The position numbers and the translations under genes were made by a program. From IMG/VR virus record IMGVR_UViG_3300045988_171958, positions 96,001 through 160,000 of that record: a stretch of DNA of 64,000 nucleotides; one strand, given 5' to 3'. This document shows positions 27,054 to 35,535 of this stretch, piece by piece (the first letter of the stretch is position 1; the number at the start of each line of letters is the position of its first letter). The notes beneath the pieces are model-generated. The model was not told where the DNA came from and did no database searches. It saw only the letters and a list, made by a program, of their open reading frames with translations. Origin of the DNA: a virus.

Positions 27054-27070
27054 AACAAAAAATAATAATT

Positions 27071-27361
27071 ATGGGACAGTTTAGAGATATGTTTATGAAT
27101 ATCAAAGGTGCAGTAACAGATAATTTGGGAAATATTGTAGTTCCAGGTGAACTTGTAGGTTTCCGTAAGACAATTGCTGGAAATGGAGTATTCATCTATG
27201 GTAAATATGATTATCTTGAGGATGGTAAGCTGCATATCATTACTTTTGGATTCAAGACTGATTTACTTAATGATCCAGAAGAATTGAAAAAGAAAATAAA
27301 AGGAGAATATAGAATCAAAGAGAATTCTAAGTTCTATAAAGTAGTTAAGAAAACTGATTAA
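27071..27361 (+). CDS. hypothetical protein
   Basis: 96-aa ORF. Confidence 0.65.
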   Translation: MGQFRDMFMNIKGAVTDNLGNIVVPGELVGFRKTIAGNGVFIYGKYDYLEDGKLHIITFGFKTDLLNDPEELKKKIKGEYRIKENSKFYKVVKKTD

Positions 27362-27403
27362 TCCAATTTATTTTTAATCAAATATATTTTATGTAGAATT
27401 TGA

Positions 27404-28039
27404 ATGAGTAAAACTGGATGGAAAAAGGTTGATAAAGAAAATCCTGAATGGAATGACATTGATACAATGTTGAATGAGTCTGATCCAGTTTTGACTGATG
27501 ATCCAGATGAAGAGCTTGAAATGCCTAAGCTTGATCTTGACTTGGAAAAAGTAGAATCTGAATCAGCAACACAAGCTCAGTTCATAGTAGAACGTCTTTC
27601 GGGATATTATTTTGATGCAAAGTATGTTGATGAACATCCTTATATTGTTTGTAAGATACAAACAGAAATGCAAAGTATAAGGAGACTTCTCAAGATGCTC
27701 ACAATAAATGAGAAAGCTCAGGATAGCATCATAATGGCCATAGCATTGTCCATGTCAAAGTCAACATTATATCAGTCTCTTACATCATTACAAAATTCTA
27801 CTTTATCTATACAAAAGCAACTTGATGATGTTGTTACTAAACTAGAAGATATATTCAGAATGATGCAAGAGGAATGCCAAAAATCATTCGAGGAAAAAGA
27901 TAAAGAAGATGATGGTAATGGTAAGATGGTAATAAAAGGTTCTAGAGAGTTTATTGAAGAAATGACAGCACGCTTAAATCAAAGAAAATACACAACCACA
28001 ACTACTAATAAAACTAATGAAGGTCAAGCAACAGCTTGA
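27404..28039 (+). CDS. hypothetical protein
   Basis: 211-aa ORF with an acidic N-terminus. Confidence 0.7.
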   Translation: MSKTGWKKVDKENPEWNDIDTMLNESDPVLTDDPDEELEMPKLDLDLEKVESESATQAQFIVERLSGYYFDAKYVDEHPYIVCKIQTEMQSIRRLLKMLTINEKAQDSIIMAIALSMSKSTLYQSLTSLQNSTLSIQKQLDDVVTKLEDIFRMMQEECQKSFEEKDKEDDGNGKMVIKGSREFIEEMTARLNQRKYTTTTTNKTNEGQATA

Positions 28040-28050
28040 CCTTTTGTTTA
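28020..28050 (+). terminator. hairpin terminator containing the stop codon
   Basis: aaggtcaagc-aaca-gcttgacctt, a 10-bp stem followed by ttgttta. Confidence 0.6.
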
Positions 28051-28055
28051 TTAAT

Positions 28056-28676
28056 TTATATGCATGTCCAAATCTCTCTTATCTTATTGAATTCATTATA
28101 AGGAAGTGTCCAATATCCGTTTCTTCCATAGCTTCTACCCCAACTGTTTCTGATAATGAAACCATTCTTATCATATCCAACAACTGCAACACAATGACTT
28201 CCTTCTAACTCTGCTCCATTCCAAAAGTCATTTCTTGAACTATCATATACAGGTAATGCTATCAATACTGGCCCATTGCATAATATTGCTTGCTTCAATA
28301 TTTGTTCACTTCCTATCATTGCAAAGTCATGTATCTTAATAGTTCCAACATTTGATTTGATACCGTGTGTTCTTGCTAATGACAATGCTTCTTTGATAGA
28401 CATACCATTATCATGACCCTTATTTGATCTTGCATTATATATTTGCTTCAAATCAATATTGTTGTCTTTCTTTGAAGTCTTCAACTTCATATCAGTAATC
28501 CAATTCAAAAAGCATGCAAGAGCATGGGTGACACACATGTTTGTAGAACCTTGATCTGTTATTGGGCTAAGATAATTTACAAAGCTATATTCATCAGGAA
28601 TCTTATTAGTTAAATTCTTAGTGATCTTCTTATCATGAGCATCAATTTTCGATGCATTGCAACCTAACATTCTCAT
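28056..28676 (-). CDS. papain-family (C1) cysteine peptidase
   Basis: DQGSTNMCVTHAL (Gln...Cys), HCVAVVGYD (His), RNSWGRSYGRNGYW (Asn-Ser-Trp). Lone minus-strand gene in a plus-strand block. Confidence 0.8.
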   Translation of the reverse strand: MRMLGCNASKIDAHDKKITKNLTNKIPDEYSFVNYLSPITDQGSTNMCVTHALACFLNWITDMKLKTSKKDNNIDLKQIYNARSNKGHDNGMSIKEALSLARTHGIKSNVGTIKIHDFAMIGSEQILKQAILCNGPVLIALPVYDSSRNDFWNGAELEGSHCVAVVGYDKNGFIIRNSWGRSYGRNGYWTLPYNEFNKIREIWTCI

Positions 28677-28710
28677 GATTATTAATAAAGTATATATAGT
28701 TAAAAATTAG

Positions 28711-29061
28711 ATGAAAAGAAATCTCACACAAATGCAAGCCACGGTAATCACTTGGATGATAATGATTGCTATGATATTGTCATTCTTCTTCATGTCTTGT
28801 AGTTCACCAAAGCAAGTTGACAATACAACAATGCAATATGAACTTGATACATTAGTTGACAGACATTTTATAGATAGTGTATGTGTCGCAGATACATTAG
28901 CAAGATATCCTGTAGAATGGATATACTCACCAATGAGAGGATATGATACAAAGAAAGACATATCAACTTATGGGTGGATGAAGTCAAGCAACTGGACATT
29001 TTATAGAATAATCAAATATGAAGATGGCACTTATAGGTTAACAAAAAGAACTATACGATAA
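28711..29061 (+). CDS. putative lipoprotein
   Basis: Signal-like MIMIAMILSFFFMSCSSPKQ with a lipobox-type Cys. Divergent from the peptidase gene with a 34-nt gap. Confidence 0.6.
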   Translation: MKRNLTQMQATVITWMIMIAMILSFFFMSCSSPKQVDNTTMQYELDTLVDRHFIDSVCVADTLARYPVEWIYSPMRGYDTKKDISTYGWMKSSNWTFYRIIKYEDGTYRLTKRTIR

Positions 29062-29069
29062 TAAAAATT

Positions 29070-29160
29070 CTCCAGGATGGCGCCTGGGTCACACAGGGAG
29101 CGGAAAAGTATTTAAGAGTATAAATTATAACCTAAGAAAATTTTCTACTTCCTGTGTGAC
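29070..29160 (+). repeat. GC-rich ~100-nt repeat family, copy A
   Basis: ggcgcctgggtcacacagggagcggaa...ttcctgtgtgac. The arms tcacacaggga / ttcctgtgtga are followed by ctttttgttt. Confidence 0.75.
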
Positions 29161-29177
29161 TTTTTGTTTAAATAAAA

Positions 29178-29213
29178 TTTGAAATTTCCTATCATTATTC
29201 TATTTTATACTCG
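29178..29213 (+). promoter_or_regulatory. class-I consensus phage promoter
   Basis: tttgaaatttcctatcattattctatttt with +20 geometry and G at +35. Confidence 0.65.
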
Positions 29214-29269
29214 AACAAAAAAAAATAATAATTAATAACATCACTGAAGTGATATTAAGAACTGAAGTT

Positions 29270-29833
29270 ATGAGTTATACATATAAATACGTACATTACG
29301 CAGTAACAGTAGATAATGTAATCTTCAATTTGAAGGATCCAAATAATCCTAAGGTGTTGCTCATCACTCGTAAGAATGAACCATTCAAAGGAAAGTTAGC
29401 ACTTCCTGGTGGATTCTTAGATCCAGATGACAGATCTGCAATGTCCGCTGCTATCCGTGAACTTAAGGAAGAGACAAACTTAAGCTTGAGTTATATGTTT
29501 CAAGTTTGTGCTCTTACTAAAGAAGGAAGAGATCCACGAGAGAGATGCATTTCTATTGTATATGCAGATACTGTTCATGATGATTTTGAAGGTCTGATTA
29601 AGGCGCAAGATGATGCATCAACAGTACAATGGGTATCATTAGTAGGTCTAAGAAAAGATGATTTAGCATTTGATCATGCTACTGCTATCTGGAAATCTAT
29701 CCAAGAATTGTTTGATGATGAGTCAAATTGCATTTCATTGTTTGATATCAAAGAAGAACAGTATCAACACACAAAGATGCTTCTTGATACAATAAAATTC
29801 AATTTAGGCCAAACTTTTTTACCAATATTTTGA
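29270..29833 (+). CDS. Nudix hydrolase-like protein
   Basis: LPGGFLDPDDRSAMSAAIRELKEETNL (Nudix box with Asp for the first Glu and one extra residue). The track start at 29249 is GTG; ATG is at 29270. Confidence 0.7.
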   Translation: MSYTYKYVHYAVTVDNVIFNLKDPNNPKVLLITRKNEPFKGKLALPGGFLDPDDRSAMSAAIRELKEETNLSLSYMFQVCALTKEGRDPRERCISIVYADTVHDDFEGLIKAQDDASTVQWVSLVGLRKDDLAFDHATAIWKSIQELFDDESNCISLFDIKEEQYQHTKMLLDTIKFNLGQTFLPIF

Positions 29834-29950
29834 AATTTTAGAAGTTGTTTCTATATGTTAGAACTTCATACTTCAGTTCAGCTAAAGTTAACTAAAGTTA
29901 ACAGGAAATAAAAGTTTGAATTTTAATTCAACTTTTCTATATTAGATATG
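29829..29950 (+). repeat. tandem-promoter cassette, copy 1 of 3 (two class-I promoters plus leader)
   Basis: P1 tttgaaattttagaagttgtttctatatg (29829), P2 tttgaattttaattcaacttttctatatt (29915). A 57-nt block gttaactaaagttaac...ttctatatt is identical in all three copies. Confidence 0.8.
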
Positions 29951-29981
29951 TTAATTTAATAATGAACATTTAAAAATTTTT

Positions 29982-30374
29982 ATGATTATGATGAATTCAA
30001 ATACAGTAAACAATTTCAACTTAAGTGCTCCAACTTCTATTGCATTCCGTTTCTTACAGGTACACAACCAGTTAGAGCACAACATGAAGAACTTGACAAA
30101 TGAAGCTCTCAAAAGTGTAATTTATGAGATTGTTTGTAAGATTTATAAGTCTTATGTAAACATGGGTTACAAAGAAGAGAACACTCCACAGTATCTTGAT
30201 ATTGCAGATACATTGTTTGAATACATTACTAATCAGAAAGTTTTCTTAAATCAATTAGTAGATGTATTAGATAAGAATCATCATGACTATGACATTATGA
30301 AGTATTGTGCTTTAGTTCTGAGTTCTACTGAGTACATTCTTGGAACTGATACTCTTGATGAACCAGAAGACTAA
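29982..30374 (+). CDS. hypothetical protein
   Basis: 130-aa ORF. The start context is tATGATTATGAtg. Confidence 0.65.
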   Translation: MIMMNSNTVNNFNLSAPTSIAFRFLQVHNQLEHNMKNLTNEALKSVIYEIVCKIYKSYVNMGYKEENTPQYLDIADTLFEYITNQKVFLNQLVDVLDKNHHDYDIMKYCALVLSSTEYILGTDTLDEPED

Positions 30375-30390
30375 TTTAATATTAAATGAC

Positions 30391-30669
30391 ATGACTGTAA
30401 AAGAAACTTTAGATGTAATATCTGAATTGATTGATTGCCAGATATTAGATGGATTTGCATTTACCACAGTAAAATATCTACATACAGATGAAAATGCTGT
30501 TATCTTATCTGATCTTGCCACTGATGTTCGCGATTGGGTTAATAATGGTCATGAAGATGCAACTCCTGAAGAAGTAGCAAAAGAATGGTGTATGGCTCCA
30601 GTCACATTTAAGGATTTTATTGAGAATTTCCAAAAAGTAAACTGGAAGGATATATTTATTTTTATTTAA
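30391..30669 (+). CDS. hypothetical protein
   Basis: In-frame ATG at 30391 (MTVKETLDV...) avoids overlap with the previous gene. The track ORF starts at 30340. Confidence 0.55.
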   Translation: MTVKETLDVISELIDCQILDGFAFTTVKYLHTDENAVILSDLATDVRDWVNNGHEDATPEEVAKEWCMAPVTFKDFIENFQKVNWKDIFIFI

Positions 30670-30686
30670 ATTTTATTTGTACATAA

Positions 30687-30938
30687 ATGAAGACATTAGT
30701 AGAAATTCTTGAAGGAAAATCAATCAAGCTTTCTCAAGCATATAACAGATTAGCAGGTATGGATCCTAAGCAAAAACTTGGATTCTATGATGAGTACTCA
30801 GATCCTAAGAAAGAATATACAGTAGAAACATTCAGAAATGACCTTAGAGGTGTCATTGACATTGTTGGTGATGTTGATATCAATGAAATCACCAATAAGG
30901 AAGCTAAGAAGTACCTTATTAATTTGATGAATAAATAA
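30687..30938 (+). CDS. small protein with leader variant MKTLVEILE; paralog of 31167..31415
   Basis: 83 aa. The C-terminal VIDIVGDVDINEI..KKYL aligns with VIDLCGNIDIDDL..KNYL of the paralog. Confidence 0.65.
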   Translation: MKTLVEILEGKSIKLSQAYNRLAGMDPKQKLGFYDEYSDPKKEYTVETFRNDLRGVIDIVGDVDINEITNKEAKKYLINLMNK

Positions 30939-30953
30939 ATCGAAAAATGTTTG

Positions 30954-31157
30954 ATGTTTCTTAAATTACCAGAAAAGATATCACAAACAAAAAGATCACA
31001 TTACAATAAGAACAAACATAGCAAAATTGCGTTTTCTTCTAAAGAGGACGCAATTTTATTTTTATATAAACAAAAGAATGATGACTTAGAACCATATTAT
31101 TGTAATTATTGCAATAAGTGGCATGTCGGACATAAAAATAAAAATCAAACTAAATAA
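30954..31157 (+). CDS. small Cys/His protein
   Basis: YYCNYCNKWHVGH motif. The track start at 30951 is TTG; ATG is at 30954. Confidence 0.5.
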   Translation: MFLKLPEKISQTKRSHYNKNKHSKIAFSSKEDAILFLYKQKNDDLEPYYCNYCNKWHVGHKNKNQTK

Positions 31158-31166
31158 CATATAGAT

Positions 31167-31415
31167 ATGAAATCTCTTAATGAATTCTTAATAAAAGAAG
31201 AAAAATCAATGATACAATTGGCTGATGCTGTAGACAAGTTAAATGAACTTGGTAAAAAGAGCATTCCAGCTAAGAGAGATCGGGATGACAAACAATATAC
31301 AGCTGATGAGTTAGCTAATGACTTGCAAGTTGTTATTGACTTATGTGGTAATATTGATATTGATGACTTAATTGGTATTAAAGTAAAGAATTATTTAAAA
31401 ACATTGTTTAAATAA
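31167..31415 (+). CDS. small protein with MKSLNEFLIKE leader
   Basis: 82 aa, paralog of 30687..30938. Confidence 0.65.
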   Translation: MKSLNEFLIKEEKSMIQLADAVDKLNELGKKSIPAKRDRDDKQYTADELANDLQVVIDLCGNIDIDDLIGIKVKNYLKTLFK

Positions 31416-31419
31416 AAAG

Positions 31420-31447
31420 AATGAGGAAGACTTAAGTCTTCCTCATT
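31420..31447. terminator. bidirectional palindromic terminator (CTTAAG-centred)
   Basis: aatgaggaagaCTTAAGtcttcctcatt lies between convergent genes and overlaps the stop of 31443..31688. Confidence 0.65.
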
Positions 31448-31688
31448 TTGTATTGCTTCTCAATATATCTTTTACTTTATTCAAAACTGTCTTATTAGGA
31501 CAATCTTCTCCTGCTCTGTTCATATAGAATACAAGTCTTTTCATTGCTTGACCTTCTGAATCTGAAGCATCTAACAATATTTGAGCTATTTCTCTAGGGT
31601 TTGTTTTAGTAAACAAACCATCAGGTGGATCCCATTTACCTTCTATATCAGATAGCTTTTCATTTACAAATTCACTTAATTTTTTCAT
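31443..31688 (-). CDS. DUF3175-like protein with MKKLSEFVNE leader
   Basis: GLFTKTNPREIAQIL...QAMKRLVFYMNRAGEDCP...LNKVKDILR resembles the DUF3175 pattern (from memory). Confidence 0.65.
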   Translation of the reverse strand: MKKLSEFVNEKLSDIEGKWDPPDGLFTKTNPREIAQILLDASDSEGQAMKRLVFYMNRAGEDCPNKTVLNKVKDILRSNTK

Positions 31689-31696
31689 ATTGTATT

Positions 31697-33628
31697 TTAT
31701 TTAAATAAATCTTGTTCTTCAAAAGCAAGTGCTGTCTTGGCAGTCTTTTCTTTCTTTTTCTTTTCTTCTATCTTTGGTTTCTTCTTATATACAAAGTCAA
31801 CTATTCTTTGATCTATATGTACACAATTTTCTAAAGGAATTTCTTCTATACTATAAGACCATTTCTGTTCTTTGTACATTTTGATACGTTGCAAACCTTG
31901 TAGATATATCTTATTGCTAGCTATCTTAGGATCAAATTGATCTGTAACATCATATAGCTCATAAACATCTTTCATATCTGACAAACCAAGTCCTCTACCA
32001 ATAGACTGCATATTGATTACTTGGGATTTGAATGATTCAAATAAGAAGCCATGACAAAGATTAGAAAGTGTAATACCTGTGCTCATGATAGAATATCCTG
32101 CGATCAGTATCACATTATTTTTGTTTTTCATCACTTCTTTCACAATCTTTCTGTCTTTAGAACCACCTATTACATATAGAACTTCTCTATCTGGGTATGC
32201 TTCTTTCACTCTTTCATAAACATATTTTATATATTCACGATGTTGTGCAAGAATTAATGTATTATTAGGACAATCCTTAAGCTTTGCTATCAACCAATCT
32301 ATTCTTCTTTCTTTGAAATGTACAGTCATCATCTCAACATGCAATGCATTAGTCTTAGTAGATTCCTGTATTACCATCTGAAGAAAATGCTTATACTGCA
32401 AATCTTGATACTGCTGCCACTGTTCATCAGACATCTTACTTGTGTTTGGTTTCTTTTCTCCATAGATTTTCCATTTAGCATCAAGAATACCCTGTGGTAA
32501 TTTTTTCTTATAAGCAATTAAGAATTTTGGATCTGACAATGGTACATGATCCATTTTCTTTGGATTCTTCTTATTAGGTACTTCTTCAAATACCGACAAA
32601 CAATATTCTGCACATTTAATCCAATCTTTGATAGATTGCCATTCATTCATATACTGCAATCTGCACTGTGTTATCTTAACGTCAGAAATATAACCACCAT
32701 CTTGTAAGTCTTTTGGATTCAATTCTTGTATCTTAGGACCTAGCAATGCATTAATACAATGTCTTTCTATAGTAAAATCTTTTGGCAAAGTACCTGTCAT
32801 TCCAAATGCTATCTTCACATTTGACATAAATGGCTGACTTATGATATCCTTAATAGACTTAGCAGTAGCACGATGTGTTTCATCAACAAACACCATATCA
32901 TATCCACATCGATCTATTCCATTACCATCAAAGAAATGTGGATTGTAACGTTTTGAATTCTTATCTAAGAAATTCACAAGTGTTTGGAATGTTGCAATTG
33001 TCAAATCAGATGATTCAACTAACTTACCACCAGACCAAAGGCATTCACTATTGAAATAATCACCATATTCTTTGAAGTCAGAATATCCTTGCTTAACTAA
33101 ATCAATACTTGGTACAACCATCAATATTCTGCGCACACCAAGATATTCTCTTGCATATCGAAAAACTATGTAACTGAGCATAGTCTTACCAGATCTTGTA
33201 GCAAATACCGATGTTGATCGCTTCCATTGCAATATGTTATATGCTCCTTCATACTGGTATGGCCTTGGTGTATACTTCAAATTCCAACTATCAACTATTT
33301 TCTTGAATTCTTCAAATGAATGTGGGAGATTTGACTTGAACTTGGTTTTATCTAAACCATCATATTCCCAATTCTTTTCTTTCAAGAAATTATATATAGT
33401 CTGCCATAGTCCAATAGAACAATACCACACCTTTGTACCTGACTTCTGTACATATTCATATAAGAAATCTTGAGTAAATGGTATACCAGTAAAGCTTTTT
33501 AAATAACATACTGGGTCAATCAAATTCATTTTACTCTTCAATTCATTTATGACCTTTTCATCTTCTTTAGTATCTACTTTCAAGAACAGATATTGGGGTG
33601 ATTTGTTGCTAAACAAAAAATGTATCAT
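31697..33628 (-). CDS. SF2 DExH helicase (UvsW-like)
   Basis: ATRSGKT (motif I), VDETHR (motif II), MTGT (III), QSIGRGLG (VI). 643 aa. Confidence 0.8.
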   Translation of the reverse strand: MIHFLFSNKSPQYLFLKVDTKEDEKVINELKSKMNLIDPVCYLKSFTGIPFTQDFLYEYVQKSGTKVWYCSIGLWQTIYNFLKEKNWEYDGLDKTKFKSNLPHSFEEFKKIVDSWNLKYTPRPYQYEGAYNILQWKRSTSVFATRSGKTMLSYIVFRYAREYLGVRRILMVVPSIDLVKQGYSDFKEYGDYFNSECLWSGGKLVESSDLTIATFQTLVNFLDKNSKRYNPHFFDGNGIDRCGYDMVFVDETHRATAKSIKDIISQPFMSNVKIAFGMTGTLPKDFTIERHCINALLGPKIQELNPKDLQDGGYISDVKITQCRLQYMNEWQSIKDWIKCAEYCLSVFEEVPNKKNPKKMDHVPLSDPKFLIAYKKKLPQGILDAKWKIYGEKKPNTSKMSDEQWQQYQDLQYKHFLQMVIQESTKTNALHVEMMTVHFKERRIDWLIAKLKDCPNNTLILAQHREYIKYVYERVKEAYPDREVLYVIGGSKDRKIVKEVMKNKNNVILIAGYSIMSTGITLSNLCHGFLFESFKSQVINMQSIGRGLGLSDMKDVYELYDVTDQFDPKIASNKIYLQGLQRIKMYKEQKWSYSIEEIPLENCVHIDQRIVDFVYKKKPKIEEKKKKEKTAKTALAFEEQDLFK

Positions 33629-33632
33629 AAAA

Positions 33633-33779
33633 TTATTTTTTAAAATTGCTTTCTAACCATTCTTCAACTGTTGGCCCTATATGACTCCATTTATTATATA
33701 TTTCTTTAAAGTCCTTGTCTAATTGTTCTTTTGGAGTTTCTTTAAAATACTTCTTAAGACTTTCTAACAATTTCTCCAT
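33633..33779 (-). CDS. possible small ORF (48 aa) below track threshold
   Basis: Manual translation MEKLLESLKKYFKETPKEQLDKDFKEIYNKWSHIGPTVEEWLESNFKK exactly fills the gap between two minus-strand genes. Confidence 0.45.
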   Translation of the reverse strand: MEKLLESLKKYFKETPKEQLDKDFKEIYNKWSHIGPTVEEWLESNFKK

Positions 33780-33781
33780 AT

Positions 33782-34192
33782 TCATTTCATTTTTTCTTTA
33801 ATCAATTCTTCAAAGCTTTTAAGTATATTGATATTGTCATGTACAAACCAAGTATGTACTTCAAATCTCAATTTGGATAAAAATTCAACATGATCCATTG
33901 TATGCTCATAATTCAGATTTCCAAAATCATGTGTATCAACATAATTTGTAATGTAACTTACTGATCCATCAACTATCTTACTTATAATGAAACCAACTGG
34001 ATTCTCAAATATCTGACAATATCTAGTCAATTCATCTTTAGTAAATGATATTTGAAAAGATTCTGGTACATCAGTATCTTTATCAACAATCATCCATCCT
34101 ATTACTATATTGTCAATTTTGTAATCAACCATTGGATTTCTCATTACAAAATCTTCATGTTCCCATACTGGCAAATTGTCTATTATTCTCAT
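33782..34192 (-). CDS. hypothetical protein
   Basis: 136-aa ORF. Confidence 0.65.
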   Translation of the reverse strand: MRIIDNLPVWEHEDFVMRNPMVDYKIDNIVIGWMIVDKDTDVPESFQISFTKDELTRYCQIFENPVGFIISKIVDGSVSYITNYVDTHDFGNLNYEHTMDHVEFLSKLRFEVHTWFVHDNINILKSFEELIKEKMK

Positions 34193-34215
34193 TTTCTAAT
34201 AATCTTTATAAAACT

Positions 34216-34244
34216 AAAAATGGAGAACTTAAGTTCTCCATTTT
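34216..34244 (-). terminator. palindromic terminator (CTTAAG-centred)
   Basis: aaaaatggagaaCTTAAGttctccatttt, a perfect 22-nt palindrome flanked by A5 and T4. Confidence 0.6.
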
Positions 34245-34257
34245 GGTAATTTAACTC

Positions 34258-34776
34258 TTACTTGTTGTTGGATGCAGCAGCATCATCAAGTCCAAGCTTA
34301 GATTGAAGAGCTGAATGCTCCTCTGAAAGCAAGTAAGTACGAGCCTTAAGCTTAGTATACTCATCTGAATATGGCTTAGTAAACTCATTGAACTTCATGA
34401 TCTTTACCCACTCGTCATGACCTTCAAACTGAAGCTGACCCAGATTCATAAGGATTGTATCCAAAATTGGGTATGGGATTGTCTCAAGATCTGGATTGAA
34501 TGCATCCCACAACTGAAGCATACCTTCAACATAACTGAACTGAAGCTTCTGCTTATTGATAAAGAAACGATAAACTTCTACAGCTTCCTTCAATGCTTCC
34601 TTATCAGCAACCTTAAACTCATACTTTGCAACCTTACGGTCATGCTTGTCAATTTCCTTAATGAGATCCTGCTCCATTGCAAGCAACTCTTCATTTGTCT
34701 TACCTTCAAGTGTCTTTACAAATTCATTATAAATTTGCTGATTCTTTTCTACTTCTGATAACTTTTTCTTACTCAT
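34258..34776 (-). CDS. hypothetical protein (GC-richer by eye, perhaps highly expressed)
   Basis: In-frame ATG at 34776 (MSKKKLSEVEK...) avoids overlap. The track start is at 34821. Confidence 0.65.
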   Translation of the reverse strand: MSKKKLSEVEKNQQIYNEFVKTLEGKTNEELLAMEQDLIKEIDKHDRKVAKYEFKVADKEALKEAVEVYRFFINKQKLQFSYVEGMLQLWDAFNPDLETIPYPILDTILMNLGQLQFEGHDEWVKIMKFNEFTKPYSDEYTKLKARTYLLSEEHSALQSKLGLDDAAASNNK

Positions 34777-34799
34777 AATAGTTTTTAATTTACGTAAAT

Positions 34800-35345
34800 T
34801 TATAGCAATATTACTGCACATAGTGCGATAATCATATATAATATAGTTTGTTTCAAAACCCGTTTCAAAGCATAAGTCATTTCTTTTCTGCTCACAACAT
34901 CAATTACAATAAGATAATTGTCTGCATTCAATGGACCCACATGCTTTATGTCGACATTAATATAGTCATAAAGCTTATTTATCTTAAACAAATTGTCAAT
35001 CAAATTGAATTGTCTGTATACCCAATTCTTCACATATTCATTACTGTTTGTGTTGTCCCCATCAATTTCTATGATTGTATTGTTGAAGTCAATCTTTCCA
35101 TCAATGTCAATATAAGGGTTTATTACACCATACAATCTTCCAATCCAATCTTTCTTTATAGATATCCTAAGATACTGCTTCAGAACTGTAAGAAATTCTT
35201 TACTATATAGAGTATCTGATATGTATGACATGTCAGTAATGTATCTGTATATAGACTGTACTAACATTACTAATCTCCAAGTCAGAGTATTTGATCCAAT
35301 TTTCTTCAATATCCAACTTATGCCATGTGATTTCTTGTAAATCAT
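34800..35345 (-). CDS. hypothetical protein with C-terminal TM helix
   Basis: 181 aa with C-terminal TILYMIIALCAVILL. Confidence 0.6.
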   Translation of the reverse strand: MIYKKSHGISWILKKIGSNTLTWRLVMLVQSIYRYITDMSYISDTLYSKEFLTVLKQYLRISIKKDWIGRLYGVINPYIDIDGKIDFNNTIIEIDGDNTNSNEYVKNWVYRQFNLIDNLFKINKLYDYINVDIKHVGPLNADNYLIVIDVVSRKEMTYALKRVLKQTILYMIIALCAVILL

Positions 35346-35412
35346 GATAAATTTCTCTATTTTTATCTAATAGATGAATTAGGCAATTAAAAAATAAAAT
35401 TTTTCATTTTTA

Positions 35413-35448
35413 TTTGAAATTTTTCCTAATTGTTCTATATTCATCTCG
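35413..35448 (+). promoter_or_regulatory. class-I consensus promoter of the sigma-factor gene
   Basis: tttgaaatttttcctaattgttctatatt with +20 geometry and G at +35. The -10 box is half of a 10-bp inverted repeat gttctatatt(N14)aatatagaac (35432..35465). Confidence 0.7.
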
Positions 35449-35535
35449 TTAATAAAATATAGAACATAATCTTGATTAATTTCAAGTTATGTTTGAAAAA
35501 ATTTAGAAATTCAAACTTAAAAAGTTCAAGAAAAT

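Noticed and set aside
28017-28208. 63-aa plus-strand ORF overlapping the papain-like peptidase gene.
   Set aside because: It is antisense to a gene with a complete catalytic signature, and it starts inside the upstream gene.
29829-29950. Repeated promoter, leader and GC-rich units considered as a CRISPR array or solitary CRISPR-repeat mimics.
   Set aside because: The copies are kilobases apart, not regularly spaced, and have no spacer-like organisation. I could not match the core to any repeat family I recall.
34417-35210. Plus-strand ORFs 34417..34758 and 34848..35210.
   Set aside because: They are shadows of the minus-strand genes 34258..34776 and 34800..35345, which fit the operon packing.
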